Below are positions 36,008-46,800 of a stretch of 64,000 bases of DNA, piece after piece (within the stretch, counting starts at the first letter, position 1; every line of letters begins with the position of its first letter). The notes beneath the pieces are model-generated. The model was given only the letters and a program-made list of their open reading frames with translations, did not search any database and was not told the origin of the DNA. The translations under genes were made by a program, and so were the position numbers. Origin of the DNA: Chitinophagales bacterium (GTDB lineage Bacteria > Bacteroidota > Bacteroidia > Chitinophagales > BACL12). The stretch is from the NCBI GenBank assembly GCA_019694895.1, contig JAIBBA010000003.1, positions 2,313-66,312 on the forward strand, given 5' to 3'.

Positions 36008-39000
36008 TTATTTCACAGTAACGCGACTTCCTTCACTATGGCTGCTGAATTCAGGGGCATACATGCACTGAATGCTTGTGATACCATTACTCATGCTTCC
36101 TTTATGGCTAACGCGAACAGGATATTCAAACACATATGTTCCTTTGCGTAAATAAGATATAAAGAAGTTAGTGCTTGCATCGCCCGTTGCTTCATAATAT
36201 CCAAGTCCGTCTTGCCATTTATATGAACTAATTACATTAGTTGGTTCAAAACCACTTGCCCGCATATCCTTCATGTGCACATATTCCATATCGCGATCGC
36301 TTTTTAATTCGATTCGGACAATTACTTTGTCTCCAATATGCAATTCCGTTTTTTCATCAACCGCACGCAATACCGGACCCGAAGCGGAATTGACTTCCAG
36401 AAACAATTGCTTTTTCAGCTTCAGGTTTGTTTCTGCTGAAGTTACTTTGTCCATTTCTTCAAAATATTGCCAATACATCGCCCCATAACTCAATAAATTA
36501 TTTGCAGGTGGCGTAATAGTAATATTTCCCATGGCAGGATTAATATTCGTGCCCAACCATGTTGATTTAAAATAACCTGTTCCCAATTCCGTTTGCTCCG
36601 GTTTTACTTGCAGGTTGCCAATGGTAATATTTGCCAGCTCGGTATTTGCCAATAAATTTAGTCCTCTCGACAACAAGGCATAACAAGCTTCGGCAGTGGC
36701 GCGTGTCGTTTTCCAGTCTGTTGTTTGTTTCTGGCGCAATAACCAGATTTGCAAAGCATCCACTGCATTTTTATCATTCGCCACTTCAGCAAACACTTCA
36801 ATCATTAAGGCTTGTGTTTCGATAGGTGCCTGATACCAATAATATCCCGCAATATTCGATTTCCAATACATCCCCATCTCCTCCGATTTAATACTGTTTT
36901 CTTTCAACGAAGCCACAATTTGCTGCGCTGTTTTAACCTGGTCGTTGCGATTCAATATTATGGCAATCATGCCTTTCTGATAAAGCGAATAACTTGTCCA
37001 ATAAGTTTTTATCTGAGCAATAAAATATGCTTTTGCTTCAGCCTCATTTTTAGTGAGTGGAAATCTTTTTTCATCAAAATAACTTGCCGCATATAAATAT
37101 TGTAATATCAGGTTATCAGGAACATAAGAGGATTTCTCGACCTTGTTTTTCTCAAGTCTGGTATATGTCTCATACATGTTTGCAGAACAATAAGGCATAG
37201 CAGATCGCAACATAGCATCTACCTCGCCGGCAGTATTATATTCTGTTGCCGAAAGTCGCTCCAGATGTGCAAGTCCTGTTACAATATATTGCGTGATATA
37301 TGGGTCATCTTTATATCCGCTAAACCAAGGCCAGGCGCCATCCGGCAGTTGCATTTTTTGCAATTTTTGCAAGGCAGCCCGTTGCTCCGACTGCATTTTA
37401 TTTACATCAAAAAGCAGTGCTACACGTTTTTTCCTTTCAGTTTCATTTTGCGCCTGCAACACCCATGGCGTTTCTTCAAGCATCAGTGATTTTAATTCCT
37501 CATTTTTTTCCAGATTGGAAACCAATGAGCTTGGATTTTTCTTCCAGCTATCGAAAACACGTTTGATTTCAGGGTCACTGTTCACAATATGCGCCGCAAT
37601 ACTATTGGCATAAAAGCGGCTGAATACCTGCTCGGCACATTCGTATGGATATTCCATCATATAAGGCAACGCCTGCACTGCATACCAGGCCGGATTTGAG
37701 GTATATTCCAATGTCACGTTTTGATTGCGAAGTGTACTGCTGTTACCTGATTTCAACAACTTGTCGAATACAAATGATTTGCTATCGCCACCGCGCACCC
37801 ATAAAGGAATAGATTCGGTAACCAGAATTTTGTTTGTCAATACCGGCAAACCATTTTCTTCCCCATCACTAAACGTCTCGTTTCCGGCTTTAACGCGATA
37901 TACGATGGCGTCTATTCCTTCAGGAACATGCACTTCCCATTGAACAGATGTGCTGCCTTTTGCCGATGCGGTGAACGATACCGTTGCTTGTTTATTTTCA
38001 AACACCGCGTTCACCGGTTGCATGTTAACGGCATTAAATAGTTCCAATTGCGCGGAACCGCTGATGTCTTTATCGGTGAGATTTGAAATCTTGGCAGCAA
38101 GCGTAATGTGATCTCCTTCGCGTAAAAATCTTGGCATATTCGCCTGTATCATCAATTCCTTTTGTGTGATCACCGATGCCATGGCAGAACCTGTTTGCAA
38201 GTCTTTCGTATGTGCATATGCCATGAACTTCCATGTTGTAAGCGCATCCGGCATGGTGAATGAAAAGCTGACATTTCCCAGGCTGTCGGTCTCCAGTTGA
38301 GGAAAGAAAAAAGCTGTTTCGCTGAAATTTGTGCGCACAGGAACTTTGGTGATCGGCGCCGCATCTGGTTCATTGCCCAGATAATCTATGGCAAACCCTT
38401 TTTTCATTTCACTTCTTCCATCGCCGTCATTCATTTTATCAACAAGGGTATCCTCCTGTTTTTCTAAAGGTGCATTCGCCTTATAATTATTGCTAATGCT
38501 TACGTTTCCAAGAACAACACGTTGATCAATCATGCCCTCTGAATTTCCATAGAAATACCTATAATCCCTTCCTAAAGAAAATCCAAACCAATTCAATTGA
38601 TTGTATTCTATTGTAGGATAAGTGGCGTAATAGTTGAAATATCCATTATGCTGCCATCCGTATGATTGTCCCATCGCCTCAGCGGAAAGCGAGGTATACA
38701 AATAATTAGCAGGATAATAAACATCGCCCCAATAATTTGTTCTGAAGGCATCCAATGATGCGTCGTACATAGATGCCAATAATTCGGCACTCACCATGTC
38801 GCTCTTTTCACCACTTACTTGTATTTTCCATGTTTCCTTAGCACCCGGTTGCAATTTATCTCTGAAGGTTTCAAGTTTCACTTGTAACTGTTTGTTCGTC
38901 CAAGGAACCGTAATATTATATACTTTAGAAAATTCACGGCCATCTTTTATCATCATTACCTGAACGCCAATGCCACCTCTGTCAGTTTCTGAAACCGGAA

Positions 39001-42000
39001 TTTCAAGGTCCATCATAGATACGCCGGATTTTTTTCCGGCAACTTCCATCATGGAAACCCATTGTGCTTTTGTAGGTTGATGATATCTTTTGATCAGCAC
39101 CAAAGCTTTAGATCCTGATGTTGAGCTTCCCACTTGCACAATAGCGCTATTTCCGGGCTCTACGGAGTTTTCGCTTTTCACTGAATGAAAATACTCGGGG
39201 TAAGCGGCATAAGAGCCATCATTCAACAAATTGATAGTGTGTTCGCTGCGCACTGTTTCACCGGACTTGTCGAGCGCTTCAAAAACTACGCGATAAACGC
39301 CTTGTTTAAGGCCTTGTGTTGGAAGTAATACCGAATCATTCTCCTTTGTATTCCATGTGTCAGATGCCAAAGCGTCTCCTGTTTTCCAACTTGCGGCATC
39401 CAACTCGGTGGCATACTGATCGCGAGGAAATTGTTTAATAAAGTCGGCTTCACTCATCAAATGCAAATCCGGTGTATCCCAAAGGCGATATCGCATCAAA
39501 CGTTTCGGTGCGTCAATGGCAAATATTGTTACTTTTCCGGTAGCAGGAAGCGGCTGTCCATTCAAGTTATGGGTAGTTATTTTTATTGCTATGTCACTGT
39601 TAACAGGATATGCATCTTTAACATCTGCTCTCAACTGCAGGTTTATTTTTCCCACAGTCACATTTGTTTGACTACTGCGCGTTTCTCCGGAAACATCGGT
39701 CACATCAACATAAACAGTATAGGTATATTGCAATCCCGAAACGTTTTCTACCTGCGATTTAGCTACAAACGGTATTACAAATTTTCCTTCAGCATCTGTT
39801 GCACTTACACCTGAAACAATTTCCTGATCAGCATTACTTACAGGATATGATTTCCTGAAATAATAATCGCCATACCAATATGGCATATGAACACTTCTTA
39901 CCACGCGATACTGTATTTGCGCATTATCAATTACTGCGCCGCTATACGCCGTTGCTGTTCCGTTTACGGAAATGGTGTCATTAAGTATATAATCTCCTTT
40001 CAGGTCTTCTAATTCAACATAAAATGTCGGGCGCTTATATTCCTCCACAGAAAAATACACCGCTCCGGTTTCATTTGAAATTTGCATTTGTCCGGTCAAT
40101 CCGCTCGCAGGCGCTGTAAAGCTTCCCGAAAATGAACCAAAATCATTTGACACCAATTCAAGGTTCCCTACTTCCTGATAATTTACATCAAAAAAACGAA
40201 CAGTGGTTTTATGATTCTTAAGTACTTCTTTTGTACGGCCAAATGCTGTTTCGCTGTACATGATACCTTTAAAATAAACCGTCTGTCCCGGACGATAAAT
40301 TGCCCTGTCGGTAAACAAAATGGTATGTTGAATTTCTCGATCAGGCTGTGTTTGTGATTTCGCAATGCTAAACAGCTTATTTGTTTTCAATATGTCTTTT
40401 CCATTCTGCAAAGTGAATCCAAATGAATAAGTGTTCCTGATTATCGGATCACGCAATTCAAACATCCCATTGCCATCGGTCACAAATTTCTGTAACTCAC
40501 TCTCTTTATATTTATGTGTGCTATAATCATAGTCGTTGCGGAACGTGGTAACATTAACACCTTTCATCGGCAATCCGCTTGTTCTGTCGACAACATAAAA
40601 TCGCTTGTAATCGCTTTCATCACCATTGCCGGATTCGGCGATGTATGCCATATTTGTTACCCATATATCACGGATATACACATCTGCAGAATCGCTCATC
40701 CAGTTATCATTGGCAGAGGCAAGCAGAAAATATGAACCAAGACCAAGTGCGTCAATTTTAAATTCTACTCTATGGCTTTGAAGGTCGCCATCAACAATTA
40801 AATTTTGCGTCCATGAACGTTCTACAACAAGTTTCTTCAGCGCCGCTTTTCTGTCGCTATAATCCATTGAGGATATCGATACAATCTCGTTAGCAGACGC
40901 TTTGAGTAATTGCAGATGAATCTTATCTACATTGGTATACTTAATTGATGCCAATATAGGTGCTCCGGGAATTTGTTCCTGCTCGATATTTAATTCTTCC
41001 AATCGCTTGCGAACAAGCTCATTTAATTCCAGTTTACATAATATGCCGCCGTAACTTTTAGGAAATGCAGCAATTGCCTTATTCAAGTACGTTTCAGCTG
41101 TGCGCAATTCCCATTTATAAGCATCGCCTTCCAAAGGTTGGTACTGATATCTTTTCCCCATATGCCAGGTAGCAATGGCAAGCGAAATTCTTGCTGAGGA
41201 GCTATCGCGGGCATACTGTTTTTCGTCGCGCTCAAGTGCTTGCAAATATAAACTGTCGACATTAGCAATCGACAGTATGTTTTTAGCATACAAATATCTG
41301 CTCAGATTAAGATCGATCAATGCATCCGGATATGGGTCGTATAAATGTGCTGTTGTAAGCTCTTGCAAAATGCGCACCGCGGGCAATTGTGTGATAACAC
41401 TGTCAGCTGCGTTGAAACTATATCCAGAAAATTGTTTCGCAGATTCCAGCAAAATTGGGTTGGCGATATTCACCGCATAGGCTGGCTTGTCTAATGTGCT
41501 TTCGCTATTCATATAAAAACTCAACGCCTCATTACCCAGCAGGTCGAACATGGTGGGGCGTAAAAACTGACCATATGCATTTCCTTTCAAAAGAATTTCA
41601 ACATATAAGGTTGAAGGTGTTTTTTTTAATAATTCGCGCTGCGACAATGATGCATTGTACAGCTCATTTGTTTTGTTGAGCAGCGCTTTAATATCCCAAG
41701 TAGCAATATCGTTGCTCAATAACTCTTCTGTTTGTGTGCGTTGTGAAATTTGCCAGCGGTTATTAGAATAATATTGCCAGTACAAATTTGCTGTCAGGCT
41801 TTGCAATACCGCTTTTGTTACGCCATCAGAAATGGCTATTTCTTTTTCAAACAATGCAATTGCTTTTTCCTCGCCATCTTCTTCCAGCATGTTGGTGTAT
41901 TTCCCACGATAAATCAAAGACTTAATTATTTGAGGACTAATATTTTCGGCTTTGGCGTGATCATAAATTTCATTCACCAATTTCAATGCACTCTCAGGCA

Positions 42001-42148
42001 TGCTAATCCGGTCCAACGAGTCAACCGCTTTCCAGGCATCGTCATATCCCGCCCATGTTTTTGTTGGTGTCATTACCGCTGCAAGTAATCCTGTCATAGC
42101 CGCAACCGCTACAATTGCTCCGGCCACTATCCATTTTTTCCCTTCCAT
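36008..42148 (-). CDS. Alpha-2-macroglobulin family protein, very large, membrane-anchored
   Basis: 2046 aa. N-terminal TM helix WIVAGAIVAVAAMTGLLAAV. MG-domain-like beta regions. Thioester motif YPYECAEQ, encoded at 37628-37639 on the minus strand. C-terminal receptor-binding-like domain. Confidence 0.9.
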   Translation of the reverse strand: MEGKKWIVAGAIVAVAAMTGLLAAVMTPTKTWAGYDDAWKAVDSLDRISMPESALKLVNEIYDHAKAENISPQIIKSLIYRGKYTNMLEEDGEEKAIALFEKEIAISDGVTKAVLQSLTANLYWQYYSNNRWQISQRTQTEELLSNDIATWDIKALLNKTNELYNASLSQRELLKKTPSTLYVEILLKGNAYGQFLRPTMFDLLGNEALSFYMNSESTLDKPAYAVNIANPILLESAKQFSGYSFNAADSVITQLPAVRILQELTTAHLYDPYPDALIDLNLSRYLYAKNILSIANVDSLYLQALERDEKQYARDSSSARISLAIATWHMGKRYQYQPLEGDAYKWELRTAETYLNKAIAAFPKSYGGILCKLELNELVRKRLEELNIEQEQIPGAPILASIKYTNVDKIHLQLLKASANEIVSISSMDYSDRKAALKKLVVERSWTQNLIVDGDLQSHRVEFKIDALGLGSYFLLASANDNWMSDSADVYIRDIWVTNMAYIAESGNGDESDYKRFYVVDRTSGLPMKGVNVTTFRNDYDYSTHKYKESELQKFVTDGNGMFELRDPIIRNTYSFGFTLQNGKDILKTNKLFSIAKSQTQPDREIQHTILFTDRAIYRPGQTVYFKGIMYSETAFGRTKEVLKNHKTTVRFFDVNYQEVGNLELVSNDFGSFSGSFTAPASGLTGQMQISNETGAVYFSVEEYKRPTFYVELEDLKGDYILNDTISVNGTATAYSGAVIDNAQIQYRVVRSVHMPYWYGDYYFRKSYPVSNADQEIVSGVSATDAEGKFVIPFVAKSQVENVSGLQYTYTVYVDVTDVSGETRSSQTNVTVGKINLQLRADVKDAYPVNSDIAIKITTHNLNGQPLPATGKVTIFAIDAPKRLMRYRLWDTPDLHLMSEADFIKQFPRDQYATELDAASWKTGDALASDTWNTKENDSVLLPTQGLKQGVYRVVFEALDKSGETVRSEHTINLLNDGSYAAYPEYFHSVKSENSVEPGNSAIVQVGSSTSGSKALVLIKRYHQPTKAQWVSMMEVAGKKSGVSMMDLEIPVSETDRGGIGVQVMMIKDGREFSKVYNITVPWTNKQLQVKLETFRDKLQPGAKETWKIQVSGEKSDMVSAELLASMYDASLDAFRTNYWGDVYYPANYLYTSLSAEAMGQSYGWQHNGYFNYYATYPTIEYNQLNWFGFSLGRDYRYFYGNSEGMIDQRVVLGNVSISNNYKANAPLEKQEDTLVDKMNDGDGRSEMKKGFAIDYLGNEPDAAPITKVPVRTNFSETAFFFPQLETDSLGNVSFSFTMPDALTTWKFMAYAHTKDLQTGSAMASVITQKELMIQANMPRFLREGDHITLAAKISNLTDKDISGSAQLELFNAVNMQPVNAVFENKQATVSFTASAKGSTSVQWEVHVPEGIDAIVYRVKAGNETFSDGEENGLPVLTNKILVTESIPLWVRGGDSKSFVFDKLLKSGNSSTLRNQNVTLEYTSNPAWYAVQALPYMMEYPYECAEQVFSRFYANSIAAHIVNSDPEIKRVFDSWKKNPSSLVSNLEKNEELKSLMLEETPWVLQAQNETERKKRVALLFDVNKMQSEQRAALQKLQKMQLPDGAWPWFSGYKDDPYITQYIVTGLAHLERLSATEYNTAGEVDAMLRSAMPYCSANMYETYTRLEKNKVEKSSYVPDNLILQYLYAASYFDEKRFPLTKNEAEAKAYFIAQIKTYWTSYSLYQKGMIAIILNRNDQVKTAQQIVASLKENSIKSEEMGMYWKSNIAGYYWYQAPIETQALMIEVFAEVANDKNAVDALQIWLLRQKQTTDWKTTRATAEACYALLSRGLNLLANTELANITIGNLQVKPEQTELGTGYFKSTWLGTNINPAMGNITITPPANNLLSYGAMYWQYFEEMDKVTSAETNLKLKKQLFLEVNSASGPVLRAVDEKTELHIGDKVIVRIELKSDRDMEYVHMKDMRASGFEPTNVISSYKWQDGLGYYEATGDASTNFFISYLRKGTYVFEYPVRVSHKGSMSNGITSIQCMYAPEFSSHSEGSRVTVK

Positions 42149-42228
42149 AATTATTTCTCTTATTCTATAAATGTAATAAAGTCAAGTCTTATGTAACCAT
42201 AAGATGCATCGCCTTTCCAATTTTCACA

Positions 42229-42792
42229 TCAGCTTTGTTTGGCAACCTTTCGCAAATGCATCATCAATGCAATATCAATCACGGTGTGTGCTGTCATAGC
42301 GGCATAGAGTCCCGTATGCAAACACAGGTATCCGAATCCGGCACTTACCACCAACAATATCGTGCCATAAAACATTAGCGGGCGGTTTAGCGGGTTGAGG
42401 TAGCCATGAAGCAGGATGAAAATAAAGGCAGTGAACCAAATTCCCAGCCAGGGCTGAATGGCGCCTCTGAATAACAACTCTTCCCCGACGCCGGCACATA
42501 ACGACAAAATCAGGATCACCGGTACTGAGATAGCGTATTGATTGAGCAATTGGGCAAAAAACGATACAACCGGTTTTAGCAAAGCCAGTTTAAGCACCCC
42601 CAGGAGGGCTGCCAGTGAAACAGCCGCAAATCCCGTGCCCAAAAGCAACTGAAACCCCAATTCTTGCCCTGAAACGCTAGTGAGACGGGCAATTTCGTCG
42701 GGATGAAAAAAGTACATCAACCCCAAACCCAAGCCACCTAAACCGGGCAACGTGACAACCGCCGCCAGGACCAGATGTCGGTGCATGGTCAT
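42229..42792 (-). CDS. CPBP-family intramembrane glutamic endopeptidase (CAAX protease/Abi type)
   Basis: Motif 1 GVGEELLFRG, motif 2 FILLHG, motif 3 HTVID. Polytopic, 187 aa. Confidence 0.85.
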   Translation of the reverse strand: MTMHRHLVLAAVVTLPGLGGLGLGLMYFFHPDEIARLTSVSGQELGFQLLLGTGFAAVSLAALLGVLKLALLKPVVSFFAQLLNQYAISVPVILILSLCAGVGEELLFRGAIQPWLGIWFTAFIFILLHGYLNPLNRPLMFYGTILLVVSAGFGYLCLHTGLYAAMTAHTVIDIALMMHLRKVAKQS

Positions 42793-43802
42793 TGCTGCAC
42801 GATGCGGATTGTAGAAACGCCTGTTTGTTTGGAACTGGTAGCATGACCCTGGTAGGAGTCGCTCACGTCGAGGTACTGGGTAAATTTCATCAACCTTGGC
42901 CAGCCGGTATTTTCGAAGATCTCGCCCGTTCCTTTGACTCCGGCGTTGAAGTGTATCTTGTCCACCTCAGCAGCCATTTCAGGCGGCAGTTTCGATTTGT
43001 CGACGCTGGCAACCGTGTTGAAATTGATATATGCTATCCCGTCGCGACGGTCGGCTAGGGCGAAAACGGTTTTTAGTGTTATGGGCACACCCTGCATTAC
43101 TGATGGGACTTCCACATCCCAGGTATCCCCGATTTTCACGGCGCTGTCGGGATAGGAAATGAAAAAATATTCAAGGTTGTCGGTTGGTGAGCCGATGTTT
43201 GCTGCGATATATTGATCGGGCACCTGTGCACCAACTATTGCTTTTACCTTTTTAATGATAGCCTCATAACCACGCACATCGATGTTTTCACCCTGCTCTG
43301 TCATTATGAGGGTGAGGGTGCTATTCACCATACAGTCTTCAACCTTTCTATCCATTTCGTCTTCCGGATTCGTCATCGGTTTGTTGTACTGATAATTAAT
43401 GGTGCCCGAATCGTCTTTTACCGTTTTGTGCACATCAACCAGCGTGAGATCAATAGCATAGCCCTCTTTTTCTTTGCCCTTTACAACGAGCTTTGCTTTC
43501 ACATACTTAGTTGAATTTGCCTTAATTCGCATGGTATCAACCGATTCGTCAGAAGCAAATGTTGTGTTGTTTTCGATATAAATCGTCTTTCCTTCTTCAG
43601 GCATAAAGCGAAGTAAAACACGCTCATCTGCTACAGGGCTTTCGAGGTTGATTGCAATGGCGGTATCATTGCTTGCAGCGACAATGGTGTCGGCGCTTTG
43701 ATTATCTTTATCGCCTGATGACGATTTGTTGCAGGAAGTTGAAAATAGTGCAGCGATCATCAGACCGGCAACCACAGCGATTCTTAATTTTATCATTTGC
43801 AA
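42789..43802 (-). CDS. Hypothetical lipoprotein
   Basis: Lipobox AALFSTSC. 337 aa. Its stop overlaps the CPBP gene start by 4 nt. No recognised domain. Confidence 0.55.
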   Translation of the reverse strand: MQMIKLRIAVVAGLMIAALFSTSCNKSSSGDKDNQSADTIVAASNDTAIAINLESPVADERVLLRFMPEEGKTIYIENNTTFASDESVDTMRIKANSTKYVKAKLVVKGKEKEGYAIDLTLVDVHKTVKDDSGTINYQYNKPMTNPEDEMDRKVEDCMVNSTLTLIMTEQGENIDVRGYEAIIKKVKAIVGAQVPDQYIAANIGSPTDNLEYFFISYPDSAVKIGDTWDVEVPSVMQGVPITLKTVFALADRRDGIAYINFNTVASVDKSKLPPEMAAEVDKIHFNAGVKGTGEIFENTGWPRLMKFTQYLDVSDSYQGHATSSKQTGVSTIRIVQQ

Positions 43803-43842
43803 TGATGCGTTGAGTTGATGTGAAATTCGCCTGCAAAGCTAC

Positions 43843-46800
43843 ATGAATACCATGGAAAGTACTGCCCGACAAGACAAATCCTTCGCCGAAGCCTATGCAC
43901 AGCTTAACGACGCACAGCGCAAAGCTGTTGATCATATCGAAGGTCCGGTGTTGGTGGTAGCCGGCCCGGGAACAGGTAAAACACAGATCCTTGCTGTTCG
44001 AATAGGAAAAATTCTGGCAGAAACAGATGCGATGCCGGAGAATATTCTCTGTCTTACATACACCGATGCGGGCACAGTTGCCATGCGCAAACGATTGCTC
44101 GACTTCATAGGCGCCGATGCACATCGCGTACACATTCATACATTTCACGCCTTTTGCAATGATGTAATACAAGCGCATCTCGATTATTTCGGAAAGCGCG
44201 AATTAGAGCCCATTACCGATCTGGAGAATGTGATGATATTGGAATCAATTTTAGAAGAACTTCCTACAGGCCATCTGCTCAAAAAACTCAAGGGCGATCT
44301 TAGCTATGAAGTAGCGCGATTGAACAACCTTTTTCGCATGATGAAGGAGGAGGATTGGGATGAAAAGCGCATTAGTGATAATATCGATGTATATCTTGCC
44401 GATCTTCCGAATAGAACGGAATACACTTACCAACGTGTAAACAACAAAACCGGCGTTAAAGTTGGTGATCCGAAAGTAAGTAAGATTGCAGAAGAACAGG
44501 AACGCATGGAAAAACTGAGAGCCGCTGCACAGTTGTTTCCAAAATATCAGGCACGCATGAAAGAAGCCGGTCGCTACGATTACAGCGACATGATCTTATG
44601 GGTAGTGCGTGCATTTCGCGACCCATCCGCCGTGGGCGAAAACATGTTGCGCAATTATCAGGAGCGTTACCTATATATTTTAGTTGATGAATTTCAAGAT
44701 ACCAACGGCGCACAAAATGAAATCCTTCAATTATTAATTAGTTTCTGGGAGGTGCCGAATGTATTTGCCGTTGGCGACGACGATCAGAGTATTTATGAAT
44801 TTCAAGGTGCGCGTGTAAAAAATATTCTCGATTTCTATACCGCATATCAGGAGCATGTTGAAGTGATCGTGCTCACAGATAATTATCGCTCGCATCAGGC
44901 GGTATTAAATGCTGCGCGAGTAGTAATAGAACAAAATCAAGAGCGGCTTATCAATAAGATCGAGGGCTTGACCAAACAGTTAACGGCATCACACCCGTCG
45001 CGACAAAAAATTGATGAGCCTAAAGTTATTGAATACGAAAACCCCACTCAAGAGCATGCCGGAATTTTACGTGAAGTAGAAACGCTGCTAAAGCAGGGAG
45101 TAAATCCGGAAGAAATAGCCATATTATATCACAGACACAAACATGCTGATGATCTGATAACTGCTTGCGAAAAACGGGGAATTCCATATCAGGTAAGAAA
45201 GAAAATAAATATTCTTGAAGTGCCCATTGTGCAGCAGATGCTCACGATGTTGCGATATTTAAATGAAGAGGCGCAATCGGCACACAGCGCAGAGCATCTG
45301 TTGTTCGAGATCATGCACTATCCATTTATTGGCATACATCCACATGATGTAGCGGCATTATCGGCATGGATATCTTCACGTCGCGACCCGGAAATTACCT
45401 GGCGCACGGTAATGGCTGACCCAAGTAAGTTGGGACAAATACGATTGCGCGCACATGAGTCAATAACAAATCTGGAAAAAAATATCACCCACTGGATACA
45501 GGAAACATTTAATCTGACACTGCAAATGTTGTTTGAAAAGGTGTTGAATGAAAGCGGGTTGATGCAGTATATTCTTAAGAACAACGACAGAGTGTTTCTA
45601 TTAGAGGCAATCAGCACTTTATTCAAGCATATTAAAGCTGAAGGAATGAATCGCCCGCGCATTACCATTCGCAATTATATGGAGGTGCTTGATCAAATGG
45701 AGACACATGGTATTCAATTGTCGATTGAGAAAACTATTGCACAAAAAGGCGGAGTGCAATTCATTACAACACATAGCAGCAAGGGCTTGGAATTTGAATA
45801 TGTGTTTTTATTGGGATGCAATGCATCTAATTGGGAGAAGTCGCGCGGAGATAATCGCATGTTTGCCATGCCGGACACCTTGACCATGAGCGGAGAGGAA
45901 AACAAAGTAGAATCGCTTCGACGCTTGTTCTATGTTGCTATGACAAGAGCAAAACAACATCTGTATATTTCATATGCAGCTGCAAGTAATGAAGGAAAAG
46001 TATTGGAGGCCTCGCAATTTGTTTCTGAATTATTGGCAGGTGAAAACATTTCCGTTGAAAAATGTAATATCGATGCAGAAACAATGATGGCATATCAACT
46101 AACATCATTATCACCAACGAAAGAAGTGCATATTGATTTATTTGATAAAGATTTTATTGCTTCAAAGGTTGAGCATTTTGTGATGAGTGCGAGTGCATTG
46201 AATACTTACCTAGATTGTCCTTTGCGCTATTATTTTGAACGTATTATAGGCGTTCCCGGAGCAAAGAACGATAGCATAGCCTTTGGTAATGCCGTGCATT
46301 ATGCTTTGCGCAAGCTGTTTGAACGGATGAGGGCCGATGAGCGTCAGCAATTTCCTCCGGAATCAGTGTTTATCAGCGATTTCATGCACGAGATGGAGCG
46401 GAATGAAGATGCGTTTACCGAAAAACAATTTAATAATCGCATGGAATTGGGTAATACGCTTTTGAGCGATTATTATCAGACGCATATTCATCAGTTCAAT
46501 AAAGTTGTGGTTACGGAATACCCCATTCGCAATGCGGAAATGGAGGGCATTCCGATCACCGGCGTATTTGATAAAATTGAGTTTATAGGAAAAGATGTCA
46601 ATGTAGTTGATTATAAAACCGGCGCTGTAAAATATGCGCGTGAAAAATTACTTCCGCCAAACGAAAAAAATCCGGATGGCGGCGATTATTGGCGACAAAT
46701 CATGTTTTATAAAATATTGCTGGACAGTCAGCGCACAAAACCCTGGAAGATGATCAGCGGCGAGGTTGACTTTATTGAAAAAGACGAGAGCGGTGAATTT

